Source of the DNA: Leucoraja ocellata | Taxonomy: Eukaryota | NCBI GenBank assembly: GCA_036785375.1 | Contig: JAWMAR010000074.1 | Location: forward strand, 7,502,001 to 7,566,000 | Reading direction: 5' to 3' | DNA: 64,000 bases | Shown here: positions 11,960-26,129 of the stretch, piece by piece | How positions within the stretch are numbered: position 1 is the stretch's first letter | How the letters are laid out: every line of letters begins with the position of its first letter | Position numbers and translations under genes: made by a program | The notes under the pieces: model-generated | Told to the model about the DNA's origin: nothing | What the model saw: only the letters and a program-made list of their open reading frames with translations | Database searches by the model: none

Positions 11960-13195
11960 AATAGAGAAAGTGTTTTTCTTGGAGCTAAGGTGGGGAGGAG
12001 ATTTGATGGGTGTCAAGATTGACTAGTTTAGATAGAGTGGAAATAATCTATCTCACTAATGGACGGAGGAAGAACCCAGGGAGATGGGTTTACATTTTTG
12101 GACAAAAGAAATGAGGATGATATGAGAATGTGTTTCTGCTTTGGGAGTAGTCTTGCAAACTTGATTCGGTTTTTTGTGGAGGTGACAATGGTAATTGAAG
12201 GTAGGGCAGTGAATGTTATCCACATAGAGTTTAGTAAGACATTTGATGAATATCCTCATGATCTGCTGATCCATAAGATTGTGAGGAATTGGCTCCTTGG
12301 TTGTTGGGATTCAGAACTAGCTTATTCATAGAAGTCCAAGGGTTGTGGTGGAAGGTAGATGCTCTGACTGGAGGTCTGTGACCAGTGAATTCCACTGGGA
12401 TCTGTGCTGGGACCTCTTTGTGATTATATACAAATGAGTTCCACATAAATATAAATGGGTTGGCTCGTACATTTGCAGATGACACCAAAATTGGTGGAAA
12501 TGCGGATAATGAGGAAGGTTGCATACGCAAGGATGTTGATCAGCTACAGAAATGGGTTGAGAAATGTGAATGCCGTTTAATCCAAGCAAGTGTGAGGTGT
12601 TTCACTTTGAGGATGAATATAAGAGGAAGGAATACAGTTAATGTCAAGAGGGATGTGGAGAGAATTTGAGATGCAAGTCCGTAACTCACAGAAAGTAGCA
12701 ACACAAGTAGATAGTGGAAAAGACCACAAAAATATACTTGCCATCATCGGTCAGGGCATCGAGTATGAGTCGGAAACACATATTCCAACTTTATGGGATT
12801 ATTATTTGCTCACATTTGAAATATTTCGTGTACATCCAGTCTTCACATTATAGGAAGGATGTGGAGAGAGTGCAGAAGAGATTTACCAGAATGATATTTG
12901 GATTTTAGTTTATTAATTATAATGAGGTGTTGGACACAATTGCTTTTTCTCGAGTGTCAGAAGCTGAGGGGAGACCTGAGAAGTGTACAATATTGTGTAA
13001 TGGATTGGGTAGACGGTCAAATCCTCTTTCCCAGGATGGAAAAAAAACGTCTTTCCCAGGATGAAAAAAACATACACTAGAGGGCATAGCTTTAAGGTGA
13101 AAGGGGCAAAATTTAAAGATGTAAACCAAGTGTTTTATTTTACACAGTAGAGGGTTCCTGAAATGCGTTGCCAGTGATGGGGGTGCAGTGGAGTT
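11960..13195 (+). mobile_element. Old degraded CR1 RT fragments
   Basis: IEFSKTFD, TFADDTKIGG, DVERVQKRFTRM remnants in several frames. Confidence 0.85.
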
Positions 13196-14594
13196 TATTT
13201 TTAATTTAGCTTCATGTTCAACCTGGATATAGTGGACTGTCTGCCCTCTTCTGATGCCATACAGTTCTGTTCCATGAAACTGCCCTATTCTAATTGACAA
13301 AATGGTGCATATCAATGAAAATTTAAGATTTATTATGTTTTTCATCAATACAACTAATGTTACAGACTCTTGAGACTTGAAGTTCAGTTATTATATTACA
13401 ATTAAACAAATATTAAAATTAATTCACTTGTCATCCATTACCCAAGTATGATTAATAAATTTACATCACATTTTTGGTGCCAGTATACCGTATAGGTGTG
13501 TACCATCACTCAAACCGCTGACACTAACCATCATGTGTATGATGATGTACAAGGGAAGTACGTAGTACTAGGAAAACATGCACAAAACTACAGATTTATT
13601 ATTTTCTCAAACCCCCAAGGAAATGGCTGCACTGTAATTTTTTTGTAAAGGGCCACACCTGCCTGAGAAATGATGGCTGCAGGGGATTTGGATCATAAAT
13701 TATTGAGATATCATTGTGATAAACTGTGAACATTGCAAGTGATTAGGGTACAGCAACATCACACAAACGAGGGACATTTTAAATGCCTGGAAATCTATCT
13801 TCGGGTAAGACACTAAATCTAGTTACTTCAGCACATCGCGCACTGCTTTTGCAATTCCTTCCCTCGAGTCCAATCCATGTGCATTCACTAGTGCAAAAAT
13901 GGGATTAATTTCTAGGCAAGAGGTTTTTAATGCTGCTTTGTTGAAGGGATATATGTCAGTACAATTCTCTTGTTTCTCTTAAAAAGTGGGAGTAGATGGG
14001 TCCAGGCTTTAATATCCCCTTGGAAATCTGTTGTCACTGAGAGAACAACATTCTCTTTCTACTGCATTCAAATGTTAGCCTGGATTATAAACTTTGGTCT
14101 GCGAGCTGAGCCTATTATCACCAACAGAGGCAAGAACACACAATGTAATTGTAGCACAGAGAAAAAAAGTGAGCAGTTTGAACATGACCTACAGTAATCG
14201 TGACCAAAAGCTCAATACCTTAAATTACATAAAATGTATTGCATATGCAAAGTAAGCAATATCATTCACACAGGCTGTAAGACAGAAAATGTCAACCAAA
14301 AATCCACATTTGCTCATGTAAGGCTACAAGGAATTCAAAAAAGCTTGTGAGTTCTCTGTCACACTTAACATTCATCGTAGACTCTGAGTGAATGAGGAGA
14401 GCAGATAGAGTTTAATAATTTCTGCTGAGGTTTTCCCGGTATGTTTCTGCTGGTGGAATTGGCGAAATATTGGAAAATCTCGAACATTCATGCATTTTCT
14501 TCAGCAAGTTTCCCATGAAATAAGAAGTGCACAAGTGCCCGTGATTATAAGCACCCAGTGCTGAGGATGGAAACACTGTACTGTCTAGCATTAA

Positions 14595-14960
14595 TGCTCT
14601 CAACTTTTTGGAGGTTGTAGTGTTTAATAGCCTAATGGCTGTAGGGAAGAAGCTGAGCTCGTCTTGGGCGTTACAGGTTTCAGGCTCCATATCTTCTTCC
14701 TGATGTGAAGAGTGAAATGAGTATGTGCCAGGGTGGTGAGGGTCTCTGATGCTGGTTGCCTTTTTGAAGCAGTGACTCCTGTAAATCCCTTTGATGGTAT
14801 GGTCAGAACCCATGATGGACTGGGCCAACATTTAATGTTCACCACTTTATGCAGTCTTCTTCATTCCTGGGCATTGATGTTGTTGAACCAACCCATGTAA
14901 CAAACTAGTCAATATGCTTTCTACTGTACACCTGTAGAAGTTCAAGAGAGTCCTCTCTGA
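14595..14960 (-). mobile_element. Rex1/Babar-type LINE 3' fragment
   Basis: AQSIMG, KKATSIRDPHHPG, SFFPTAIRLLN. Confidence 0.8.
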
Positions 14961-14961
14961 C

Positions 14962-15150
14962 ACGTTCTCCCTGTGACCATGTGGGGTTTCTCAGGATTCT
15001 CTGTTTTCCTCTCGCATTCCAAGGATGTGCAAGTTTATAGATTAATTGGCTTCTGTGAATTGTCCCTAGTGTGTAGGATGAAACTAGTGTGTTGGCGATT
15101 GGTGGTCACTGTGGGCTGAAGGACTTGTTTCCAAACTACATCTCTAAACT
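14962..15150 (+). mobile_element. HE1/V-SINE fragment
   Basis: acgttctccctgtgacc..tccaaggatgtgcaagt..gtgggctgaaggacttgtttcc, similar to 24790-25100. Confidence 0.75.
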
Positions 15151-16534
15151 GCAATAAAGAGAATTGTGGCAATGAGAAATGTTCACTATGTAACACTGAT
15201 TCTCTGTTCTGATCTCCCATCGAGTGCAAGAGCATTGACCTAACCCTGCTGTGGCCTCCTGACTCGTAAGTGCCTCCAGGATAGAGGTTTAAGACAAAGC
15301 ATTACTCTAGAGATTTGACAATCTACAAACTTACTCACCATCAATTACAGCAGTTGTCCAACAAAACATTTTTTTTCAGCCTATCTTCTCTTTAAGTGCG
15401 GGAATTTTATGTAGTTTCCTTGGAAGAATGTGGTTTAAACGAAGTGAATGAGTGGGACTGTGAAATGTGCCAAAGAAGCTCTACTTCCTCGAATACAGAA
15501 GTTTCTGCTTATGTCAGAAATATTACCCCTGAGCAAGCATTTGTTTCAGAGTAGGTGGGGAATTCTTTCATTGCCCACACAGTGAAATTCCCAAACCGTT
15601 TAGTATGATTCCCGGTCATCCTTTTCTCCTCCGCCAGTAAATGTTGATAGGCAGTTGCCAACGACAATAATGACTCTGATTACCTTCTCCCTTGGTCTGA
15701 TTCTGGCAGAACAAAGGCAAATCTGAACCAGAGATCTTATTTTCTGTACACTGCTAAGCAGAATTCTTTACAACATTAAGTCAATATCCCTATCATATTA
15801 ACATGCTGATTTGGTCATAATGTACTCACTGAGCCTGCCCTTGCATTCCGGGAATGTAACCCAAGCACCTAATTTGTGCAAAACTGAATTGAGAATATTT
15901 TTTGAAATATGCCTAATCTTCAATTAGACTATTGTGGACAAGGTGGTCTTAAGGTTAAAATCAGCTAATTCACCTGTTCACCCTCTCAGAATTGCTCATT
16001 CGCTTCACATTTATTTCTGATGGTTAAGCTAAGTTTCTAGCTTAGACTTTCAGAAGTTTTGATTTTGTTGGGTGTTTGGTTTGTCTGGTGGGACATGGAA
16101 CTAAAAGTGGTCAAAGAGGCTCTAAATGTACTGAGGTGCTTAGAATTATATTCAATCCCCTGTGAGTTGAAGTAAAAAGTTTAAATCATACTTGACCATT
16201 GACTGTATTTTACATAGATTTTTTTTTTGTAACCAAAATCCCAAAACTTAAACTTTAAAAGTTGTGTACAAGCTCTGGTAAGATTGGACCAATTCACAAA
16301 CAACATGCTCCACTCTCAGCAGCACGGTTTCTGTTGCCACTATAAATATGCCCCACACACGTTCATCCATTAAGATGAAAATAGTAAAGTTTCAAAGATG
16401 GAAATAGAATATGTTGGGAAAATCTGGTATCCAAAGCATAATTTTGTTTAAAATCCCTTTTCCTGTTTCGCGCTCTTCAGGTTGCTTCCTCCCTCAGGAA
16501 CCATCAGGTTCATGAACACTACATAGCACATGGG

Positions 16535-16785
16535 TACATAAGGTGGTCAAGGCGACTTTCGGCCTTCATTGGTCAGCGTATTGAGTATAGAAATTGGGAT
16601 GTTATAGCTTTACAAGGCATGGGTGAGGCCACAGTTGGAGTATTGTGTTCAGATTTGGTCACCCTGCTGTAGGATGCATGTTGGTAAGGTGGAAAGGGTG
16701 CAAAAAGGATTTATGATGATGTTGCCAGGACTTGAGGGCCTGAGCTTTAGGGAGATGATGGCCAGGCTAGGACTGTATTCCTTTG
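16535..16785 (+). mobile_element. CR1 RT C-terminal fragment
   Basis: RPQLEYCVQIWSP, VERVQKGF, RLGLYS. Confidence 0.85.
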
Positions 16786-19700
16786 GGCCTGTCTGTATAA
16801 CACTGACTCTCACCAATAACACTAATCTCAGCAACGGCAATCTTCCATGGACTGTCTTTGATTGTTCAATGGACTTTTTTGCACTATTAGTTACATAATT
16901 ACAGTCTCTAATTGCATTTTGATTATTATACATTATCTGTGCTGCAGCACATTAGAATTTCGCTTTCATTATCAGTACATATGACAATGAAACGCTCTTG
17001 ACTCTTGAAAACACTACTCCAGCTGGTTAACTATTACTTGGCCCTCTTCTTCCATTAGCTGACTTAGAACAAATAACACTCCACCCATCCATGCAGTATG
17101 TAATAATCTGATGCACAAAACTCTGGAAATCTAGTCATCAGACATTGTGGGCTGAAGGGCCTATAATTTCCTATTATGTTCCATATTTCCAAAATTCAGA
17201 ATATTCAAAATACACAGCTGTGAAATGTTTCCCTTTTCGATCCTCTCAAAATTGTCAAAAGAACAAAATTACTTTGTTTTTCAATGTAGTTCAATCTTGC
17301 AGCTAAGTTAAGGATACCATAGCCACGAGTATCCGATCTCCAATGTTTCACCTATGCCAGCCTTTTTTTTAAAAAAAGCGGAAGATTGGTGTTGCCATTA
17401 AAATGATATATGCACAAGTGATAGTGAAGTGCTGTTGAGCAACAATTTTCTGTGGTAGCAAACTGCCTGTTGTACAAATAGCTCAAAGGGTTCTGTTCTC
17501 TGCAGATAGCATAAAGGCTAAAACCACAAACCAAGTTCACAACTGCACAAAAATGAGAGGTCTGTGTCTATTTGTGGAGCCTTTGTTAAAGATAGTGAAT
17601 GCTTCCTGTGGCTGTACGCGAATGCTTAATGTTGTAAGAAACGGCTCTTTATTGTGCTGCTTAATATATGGAAAATATAGAAGATCAAACCAGAGCTCTG
17701 CAATTGCTGTTGCAGACTGGACTGTGAAACTATCTAAAGTTCTAAAATTAGTACATATCATAGTTCAACACTAAGTTTATCTCCCCTGGTCTGATCAAAA
17801 TGGGCTTTCTATAGGAAACCACCAACTGCACTTTATTCTTTTTATAACCAATTATTTTTACACCAAAGCTTTTGCTGCTGAAGGATTGAATTATTTTATA
17901 TAATTAGCTTTCATTAAATGAGTAGATGAAAAGCTTGTAAACATTGATGACCTTTTAAACTGCATTTCCACTTCTAAATTCTCAAACCCTGCTGTTGGAT
18001 CTCAAATCGATGCTCATCTTTTCTTTTGAAACGTGTTTAAATGTATCCAATCCTAACTTTCAGTTGTGCCAGGCAACACAGCGGGTTCACCCAAAGCCAC
18101 TAATGATTATACAAATTCTGTGAATCTGGTGTAGTATCAGCATAACTCTCTTGGTCATTGCAAGGTTTGATTAAAGTTAACTACAATGCACACCACATTG
18201 GTTTGTCTCCCTTGAGTGCCTCAATAGGATTTGTCTCATTGAGTTAGCAGTACAGCTGTGACCAAAAAATCCCAGTGCTGGGTTGTCTTCCCGTCCCTGC
18301 ACTGTTACTTCAGGGAAATATTCGCAATCTATCGTTGTACACTCTCTCTCCCTTTTTGATGTGATTAATTTAAGTAACATCTGGAGGCAAAAAGGTTAGC
18401 TCTCCTATGTATACTGACAACATCAGCTCTACATCTCCACCCAATTGCCTCAATATAGTTAAACTGCTTGACCTAGAAGATTTATGAAAAAGTCTAAAAA
18501 GGCACAGTGCCGTTAAAAATGGACCTAACCCAATTTTGGCTGTGTTGGCACCCAACAAGGAATTCAACACCTGACTATTCAGAGAGATTTGTGTTTGTCA
18601 TTACGCTTGTTTCTTTATTATATGTAAACTCCTCACATGATGTCAATAGGGTGCATCACTAAATTCATCTCCAGAGCAATTTTGAATTTCACTGGTCTCT
18701 GAAATGATCATCTAAAAAATTGTGTTGCCTTGCATTGTTTGTGAAAGACACTGAAAGGTTGTGATCTGCAATGACAAAGATTACAGCACTCCTTAAACTA
18801 ATAAGAATTACAGCACATCAGCCTAATGATCACAAATGCTAAACTGCATTTCACACAGGTGAAATGCAGCACAGTGTTCGCTATTGATCATTCGCACAGT
18901 AAGTGGCTATTATTATGTTTAGATTAGTATAGTCAAAAATCTCACAGCATGCAAATATTGCACTGTTTATTGTCATGTGGGGAAACTTCACATCAGAAAG
19001 CTGGCATTGGGGCAAATGAAAATCCTGTTGGGCCAAATGAAAATCCCATTGGAAAGTAACAAGCTTAATTTTCTGACTAGTGCTGAGAAGCCCGGATATG
19101 AGCATAATATTGCCATGTTGTCAGTTTTCAATTGTATCGTTACATTCATATTGAACTTTTGTAACTGAATTTCTAAACCGACAGTTCTTGCATAATCAGC
19201 TTTAAACTGTTTGCTATGAAACAACATTGTTTAAAAGGAAACCCCATTTGTCCTCGGAGGCATGTAATTTCCTGAATTAATTAATATAGCCTTGTGCATG
19301 TGCGTGGTCTGTTTTGCATGGTATGTCAAGAACTTATATCCCTGCCTTGAAGAAGCATTGTGACGATTAGCTTGTAAGATGCCTCTGTTAACCCTTGGGA
19401 TGTCAAAGAACTGACCTTTTTAGTTACTATATTCAGTGCACAGATATTTCAACATAAATTCTTCCAGGTAACCTTTGTTAAATGTGTCAGGTGTCATTAA
19501 GTGTCACTGTTCAATGTAAACATGAGAGTTATTGATTGAATTATGAAAGCAGTACTTTATGAAATCAGTGATCACGTAGCAAGCAGTTACTGTAGGTCCA
19601 TTGGATATTCTTGTGAGTATGTGAAAGATTAATGTTTTGTGACAGCTGCTCTGGATAGGTTGTATTTTTTTTCTTACTAAGTGATAAAAGGATTGAGCAG

Positions 19701-20009
19701 TTTGGCCTGTTAGATGTGGTAGGGCTAAATCACTATTAACAAAGTATAGGATACAGAGTTTCCCTCTTGTGTCAACATCAAGATGGGTCTACATGTGATT
19801 TGTGCAGTTTTTATTCAGATTGGATACGTGAAGTGGAAAGAGATTGATTAAGAATACAAATGTACCTGCACTGAACATACGAAAATAAGAAATAGAAGCT
19901 TGAGCAGGCCATTTAATCTCTTCAGAGTCTGAAGAAGGGTCTCAATCTAAAACATCATCTCTCCAGAGGTGCTGAATAACCTGCTTAGTTACTCCAACAC
20001 TTTGTCATT

Positions 20010-21720
20010 GTGATACAGTGTGGAAACAGGCCCTTTGGCCCAACTCACCCACACTGGCCAATAGTGTTCCAGCTACACTAGTCTCACTTGCCTGTGATTG
20101 GTCTTTATCCCTCCAAACCTGTCCTATCCATGTACCTGTCTAATTGTTTCTTAAACTATGGCATTATCCCAGCCTCAACTACCTCCTCTGGCAACTTGTT
20201 CCATATGCCCACCACCCTCTGTGTGAAACAGTTACCCCTCGGATTCCTTTTCCCCTTCACCTTGAACCTGTCCTCCGGTACTCGATTCCTCTAGTCTGGG
20301 CAAAAAACTCTGTACATCTACCAGATCTATTCCTCTCATGATTTTGTATATCTCATTAAGATCTTCCCTCATCCTCCTGCGATCCATGGAATAGAGACTC
20401 AGCCTACTCAACCTCTCCCTCTCGTTCATACTCTCTACTCCTCGTAAATCTTTTCTGAACCCTTTCAAGCTTGACAATATCTTACCTATAACATGGTGCC
20501 CAGAACTGAACACAATATTCTAAATTAAGTCTTAACAACGTCTTGTACAACTGCAACATGACCTCCCAACTTCTATATTCAATATTCTGATTGAACCCAT
20601 GCTCCTAGATCCCTCTGCTCTACAACACTACCCAGAGGCCTACCATTTACTGTGTAAGTCCTGCCCTTGTTCGACGTCCCAAAATGCAACATCTCACACT
20701 TTTCTGTATTCCATCAACTATTCCTCTGCCCACTTGGCCAATCGATCCAGTCTCTGCTGCAATCTTTTACAACCATCTTCACTATCTGCAAAACCACTAA
20801 CTTTTGTATCATTTGCTAATCTTGCCCTATATGTTCTCATCCAAATCATTGATATAGATGACAAACAATAACGGGCACAGCACCGAACCCTGAGGTACAC
20901 CACTAGTCACAGGCCTCCAGTCCTAGAAGCAACCTTCCACCATCACCCTCTGCTGCCTTCCATGGAGCCAATTTGCTATCCATTTAGCTGTCTCCTTGGA
21001 TCACATGCGATTTAACGTTCCTGAGCAGCCTACCATGCAGAACCTTGTCGAATGCTTTACTGAATTCCATATGACCATATAACCATATAACAATTACAGC
21101 ACGGAAACAGGCCATCTCGACCCTTCTAGTCCGTGCCGAACACATAATCTCCCCTAGTCCCATATACCTGCGCTCAGACCATAACCCTCCATTCCCTTCC
21201 CATCCATATAACTATCCAATTTATTTTTAAATGATAAAAACGAACCTGCCTCCACCACCTTCACTGGAAGCTCATTCCACACAGCTACCACTCTCTGAGT
21301 AAAGAAGTTCCCCCTCATGTTACCCCTAAACTTCAGCCCCTTAATTCTCATGTCATGCCCCCTTGTTTGAATCTTCCCTACTCTCAGTGGGAAAAGCTTT
21401 TCCACGTCAACTCTGTCTATCCCTCTCATCATTTTAAAAACCTCTATCAAGCCCCCCCTTAACCTTCTGCGCTCCAAAGAATAAAGCCCTAACTTGTTCA
21501 ATACAACATACAACAATACAATATACTTTATACAATATACAATTCAATACAATATACAACATCTACAGCAGCCCTGCAGCTCTTCTTGAAAAGAGGCACA
21601 ACATTTGCCACCCTCGAGTCTTCTGGCACCTCTCCTGGATTTGAGGATGACATAAATTTCAACCAGGGGTCCCGCAATTTCCTCTCCAGTTTCCTACAAT
21701 GTCTTCGGATGTATCAGATT
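20010..21720 (-). mobile_element. Degraded CR1 interrupted by a younger CR1
   Basis: ANDTKVSGFADSEDGCKRLQ, RLSLYSMDRRRMREDL; 3' end gttgggccaaagggcctgtttcc near 20010-20045. Confidence 0.85.
21073..21501 (-). mobile_element. Young 5'-truncated CR1 of a different subfamily, (TATATGGT)n-type tail
   Basis: Uninterrupted frame LNKLGLYSLERRRLRGGLIEVFK..TRGH..FFTQRVVAVWNELP. Confidence 0.92.
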
Positions 21721-21744
21721 GCCTACCTTGTTTTTGACTAACGT

Positions 21745-21915
21745 GCTCTGGCTTCCTCACACACTCCAAAGACATAGAGGTTTGTAGATCGGCTTTGGTT
21801 AAGATTGTAAATTATCCCCAGTCTATAGGATAGTGCTAGTGTACGGGGATTTCTGGTTGGTGCGGATATGTTGGGCCGAAGGGCCTCTTCCCAGTTATCT
21901 CTAAACTAAACTAAG
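21745..21915 (+). mobile_element. HE1/V-SINE 3' part
   Basis: cacactccaaagac..gggccgaagggcct..(ctaaa)n tail. Confidence 0.8.
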
Positions 21916-22220
21916 CTCTCTAACATTGGGATCCTCTTGATTGAGGATAACTATGTAGGTAGGAAGAGTATTAAAGCATAATATTTAAATTGCGTGAGGG
22001 AAGATTATCCTTCTGCTGTACGACACTACCTAGAGGCCAACCATTTGCTGTGCAGGTCCTGCCCTTGTTTGATACCTCAAAATGCAACACCTCACACTTT
22101 TCTGTATTAAATTCTATCAACCATTTCTCTGCCCACCTGGCTAATCGATCCAGATCCTAATTGTGTCCACATCTAAAAATGTATCCTTCTGAACGTTATG
22201 AATTTGTCTTTTAGACACTA

Positions 22221-22489
22221 TTGGCGACAGATAGCACAATGGGCTAAGAGTTCGGCTGGTGACCGGAAGGTAGCCGGTTCAAATCCCGCTTGGAGTGCAT
22301 ACTGTCGTTGTGTCCTTGGGCAAGACACTTCACCCACCTTTGCCTGTAATGGAATGTACGGCGGCAGGCGCGGGCACACCGCGACGCCCTGTGTCTCCCT
22401 TTCAAGGGAGATGCTAAAAATGCATTTCGTTGTCTCTGTACTGTACACTGACAATGACAATAAATTGAATCATTTCATTTCATTTCATT
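22221..22489 (+). mobile_element. tRNA-derived SINE with CORE/AFC-like central motif and Rex/Babar-like tail
   Basis: A-box-like TAGCACAATGGG, B-box GGTTCAAATCC, gtgtccttgggcaagacacttcaccc, tail tttcgttgt..caatgacaataaa and (CATTT)n. Confidence 0.85.
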
Positions 22490-24789
22490 GAGATATCTTA
22501 ATATGTGTATGATGTTTCTGAAATTGTTGGTGAATGAGCATTTAAGGTGATCATGATTAGTGGTGAAAGGAAAGTTTATGAATGACAGAAACTTACCTTA
22601 TCATATTCCTCATTTTTACAAGATTTTTGCAGCAAATCCACAATATGATCATGACATAAAAGGACAAATTCAAATCCCACCATGTCTGTCACATTCCCAA
22701 AACTGCTCAAATATTAATGTTACACTTGCCATGTCATTGCTTTTTCACAAAAGCTTGTTTTCATGTAAAGTTTCACCCTACGCAACTGAAAGATTAACCA
22801 ACAAACATGATCTTGTTGACATTGGCTGAAGAGACCATATTAGTCGACATACCTGAAGACTTCCCTATCTTCATTGCATCATGCCACAAAATCTGAAATA
22901 ATTCTAACCCCTTGTATTTTTGGTCAGTATTTAATATATTCCACTGGATTTAGCTTTTTTTTTGTTGATGTTTTGATACTTCTGAGAGTGTACAATGAAG
23001 GACAGGAGGATGCAGATGTTGGGAGGGTATATTAGGGAGTGGGGGAAGAGGGTTGCTTGGTACTGGGGAGAGGATTACCAGATTGTAACATACACTGGCA
23101 CCTTGCTTAGAATTCAGAATATATTCCTGGGAACAAGGATACAGAGTGAACCAACTCAAATAGGTGATTATTTCATGATATATTTGGAGATGCATTATTG
23201 ATTTTTCTATTATTTTAGAATTATGTTTCTATTTGCAAGGGCTCCATTGAGGATTAAGGTAGAGTGTTGAAGTATTGAACAGTAATGACACAATAAAACT
23301 TAACACATAATGTGAGCGGACATTCATTCCGAAATATATCTTTAAAATAGTGAAAGTAGAAGACATATTTGAGGTGTCTGTTCAGTTTAGTTTATTGTCA
23401 CATGTACTGCTTCTAGCCAGTCAGCGGAAAGAGAATAAATAATTACAATTAAGCCATTCACATTGTACAGATACATAAGGGAATAACATTTAGTGTAAAG
23501 TAAAATCCGATCAAAGATAGTTCGATAGTAGTTCTGGACTGCTTTCTGGATACGGTAGGATGATTCAGTTGAACCGGGCAATAACTCGGCGTGTTGTGAC
23601 TCAATGTCATGCATCAAACCTGTGTTATCAAATATCCGAATTCTCTCTCTAATGTGTTGATATCCCAGTTCAGTTTTTGCAGTCTGCCTTGAAGCCAAAA
23701 TCATGAGTCATTTATTTGTACCGTTCCTAGTTTATTGGATGTTGTTACGCCATCTGGATTGAAGCCCCTTGGATAAGTCAATTCATAAAGCTTGCTAACA
23801 CTGGAATATTGTACTCTGGAAATGTCACACTGCTGCTGAAGGTATCTTTTGCCCATCACTTGTATTCCATCTCTTGTTCCTCATATCCAGAGATACTCTG
23901 ACCATAAAGCCATTCAGCTGTGTCAGTGCCTTCTTGTAAGTATTAGTTAATTGATTTATGAAAGGGAATAGTTGCAATAACAGGAAGACCTTGCTATGCC
24001 CCCCATTGATACCCCCCCCCCCCCCCCACTCCCGCAAAAAAAAATGATCGCCATTCATGCTCGGAAAGACATGTGGAGCCGCACTGACATTAATAAACAC
24101 TATCTTATCCAAGACCCAACAGAAGAGGGCTTGACCTACAGTACATAGCTTGCACATATCTGGTCTTGAGTTGTACTTGCACCAGGTGAGCAAGATGCAT
24201 TGAAATTCGGCACAGATGGCAGACTGAAGTTTAGTTGTTGCCAATTATCTCAGACAACCAACCATATTATTTTCCATGCCTTGATCACTGCTAGTGTAAA
24301 GCGTGGCTCATCTCCATGTGGTGATGCCTAATACTTTCAAATAGATCACAAATCACCAATCAAGCACTCCAGTTTGCTGTTTAAGTATCCGTTTTAGATG
24401 AACACTATTTACCCATACCGATGTAGTATGAACATTATACTGTTCATTAAACTTTGCTATAGCTTTAAGTTGTGATATTCATTACTGTATTTCTCTTGTT
24501 GCTTGTGGTTTTGGGGATTATGCCTGGAGTGGTTGTTTGCTCCCTCTACTGGTTAAAGTGTTTATTGAACTTGTGATGAATGTGCTTGGTGACTTATTTT
24601 CTCCTGTGTTCAGTTTATCCTAAATGTGGGCAACAAGTGGATAAGTTCCCAGAACTCTATTTGTGCTCCTAACTGGTCCTGTGATTCCTGTGTCTGGAAT
24701 GAATCTTTCTCTTTCGATCTATTTTCCTCACTGTTGGAGATCTATCAAAACTTGATGCGGATTGACAGTCACCACAATAGAACACAATG

Positions 24790-25100
24790 GGATGTCATGG
24801 TGGCGCAGTGGTTGAATTACTTCCTTCGGCGCTAGAGACTCTGGTTCGATCCTGACTGTGGCTACTTGTCCATACGGTGTTTGTACATTCTCCATGTGAC
24901 CTGCGCGGGATTTCTCCGGGAGCTCTGGTTTTCTCCACACTCCAAATACATACATTTTTGTAGGCCAGATGGCTAGATATAATTGTAAATAATCCCTGCA
25001 GTGTGTAGGATAGTGTCAGTGTGCGGGGAACGCAGGTCGGCGTGGACTCTGTGGGCCGAAGGGCCTATTTCCGCTCTCTCCATTTCTCTAAACTAAACCT
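24790..25100 (+). mobile_element. HE1/V-SINE, near full length
   Basis: A box TGGCGCAGTGG, B box GGTTCGATCC, V-domain-like ttctccatgtgacctgcg..ctggttttctccacactccaaa, CR1-like tail gggccgaagggcct. Confidence 0.88.
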
Positions 25101-25269
25101 ATACCTGATAATCCAAGATGTAGCAACAAGGCATGTGTAGCAATTTGTCAGATGCCTGGCATTCACTGTTTGAGAAAGAGGCTCCTTGGCTCACAATGTC
25201 TGTGCCAAACATGATGTCAAGTTAAACTCTTCGCTGCCTGCACATGTTCTTTGCAAATTGATGTTTCGT

Positions 25270-25565
25270 TTACTTTAGAGATCCTACGCGGAAACAAGCC
25301 CTTCGGTCCACTGGATCCACACTGATCAGCGATTAACTGTATCCAACACACACTAGGAACAATGTTTACATTTACCAAGCAAATTAACCTACATACCTGT
25401 ACGTCTTTGGAGTGTGGGAGGAAACTGAAGATCCCTGAGAAAACCCATGCGGTCATGGGGAGAACATACAAACTCCATACAAACAGCACCCGTAGTCCAA
25501 CCCAGGTTTCCGCCATTGCAAGCGCTGTAAGGCAGCAGCTCTACTGCTGCACCACCGTACCACCC
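25270..25565 (-). mobile_element. HE1/V-SINE, near full length
   Basis: Minus strand ggtacggtggtgcagcagtagagctgctgcc..gagtttgtatgttctcccc..tttcctcccacactccaaagac. Confidence 0.88.
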
Positions 25566-26129
25566 TAAAATCTGTCTATCTAAAAGCTTTTTAAAAGATC
25601 CTACCATATATCCTTTGACCGCCACCCCTGGTAATGCATGTAAAAAAGGGAAACTTGAATATATCAAGATAGAAGCTCATTGAGGTATGTTTTCATCATC
25701 GATGATGTGACAGTGGGTTAGGTCCTCCACTCACTGGGCAAGTGAATGACTTTACCAGATTGCCATAGTGCTACCAATTGTTAATATTTACCATGATGGA
25801 TATAAGTTATAATAAAATACTTATGGGCCACCATACACTGTCTCTCCAATTGAGTTTGTTCATTTCATTCCTTGTCAACGAAAATTCCTAAATAAAAAAT
25901 ATTCCTCTTGCAATGAACAAACTTTTCCAGAATTGGTGGGTTGGATTTTCTAATACAAGCCAGTGCCCCATGCCATGAGCACAACATGGCAAGTTGATTG
26001 TGTTTATTTGTATGGTCCTAATTTCTCTATTTATAATTAATTTTTAGATTTAATCTTTATATTAATGTGGTAATTTTACTGTTGGATTTGAGCACTGAGC
26101 CTCTGTCTTGAAAGCATGAATCTTTGAAT

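Noticed and set aside
19007-19052. 21-bp tandem duplication (similar ones at 13025-13070 and 43044-43082)
   Set aside because: Ordinary slippage duplications with no further structure.
24795-24855. tRNA gene (also considered at 22230-22290)
   Set aside because: A/B boxes lead into SINE bodies and no complete cloverleaf forms.
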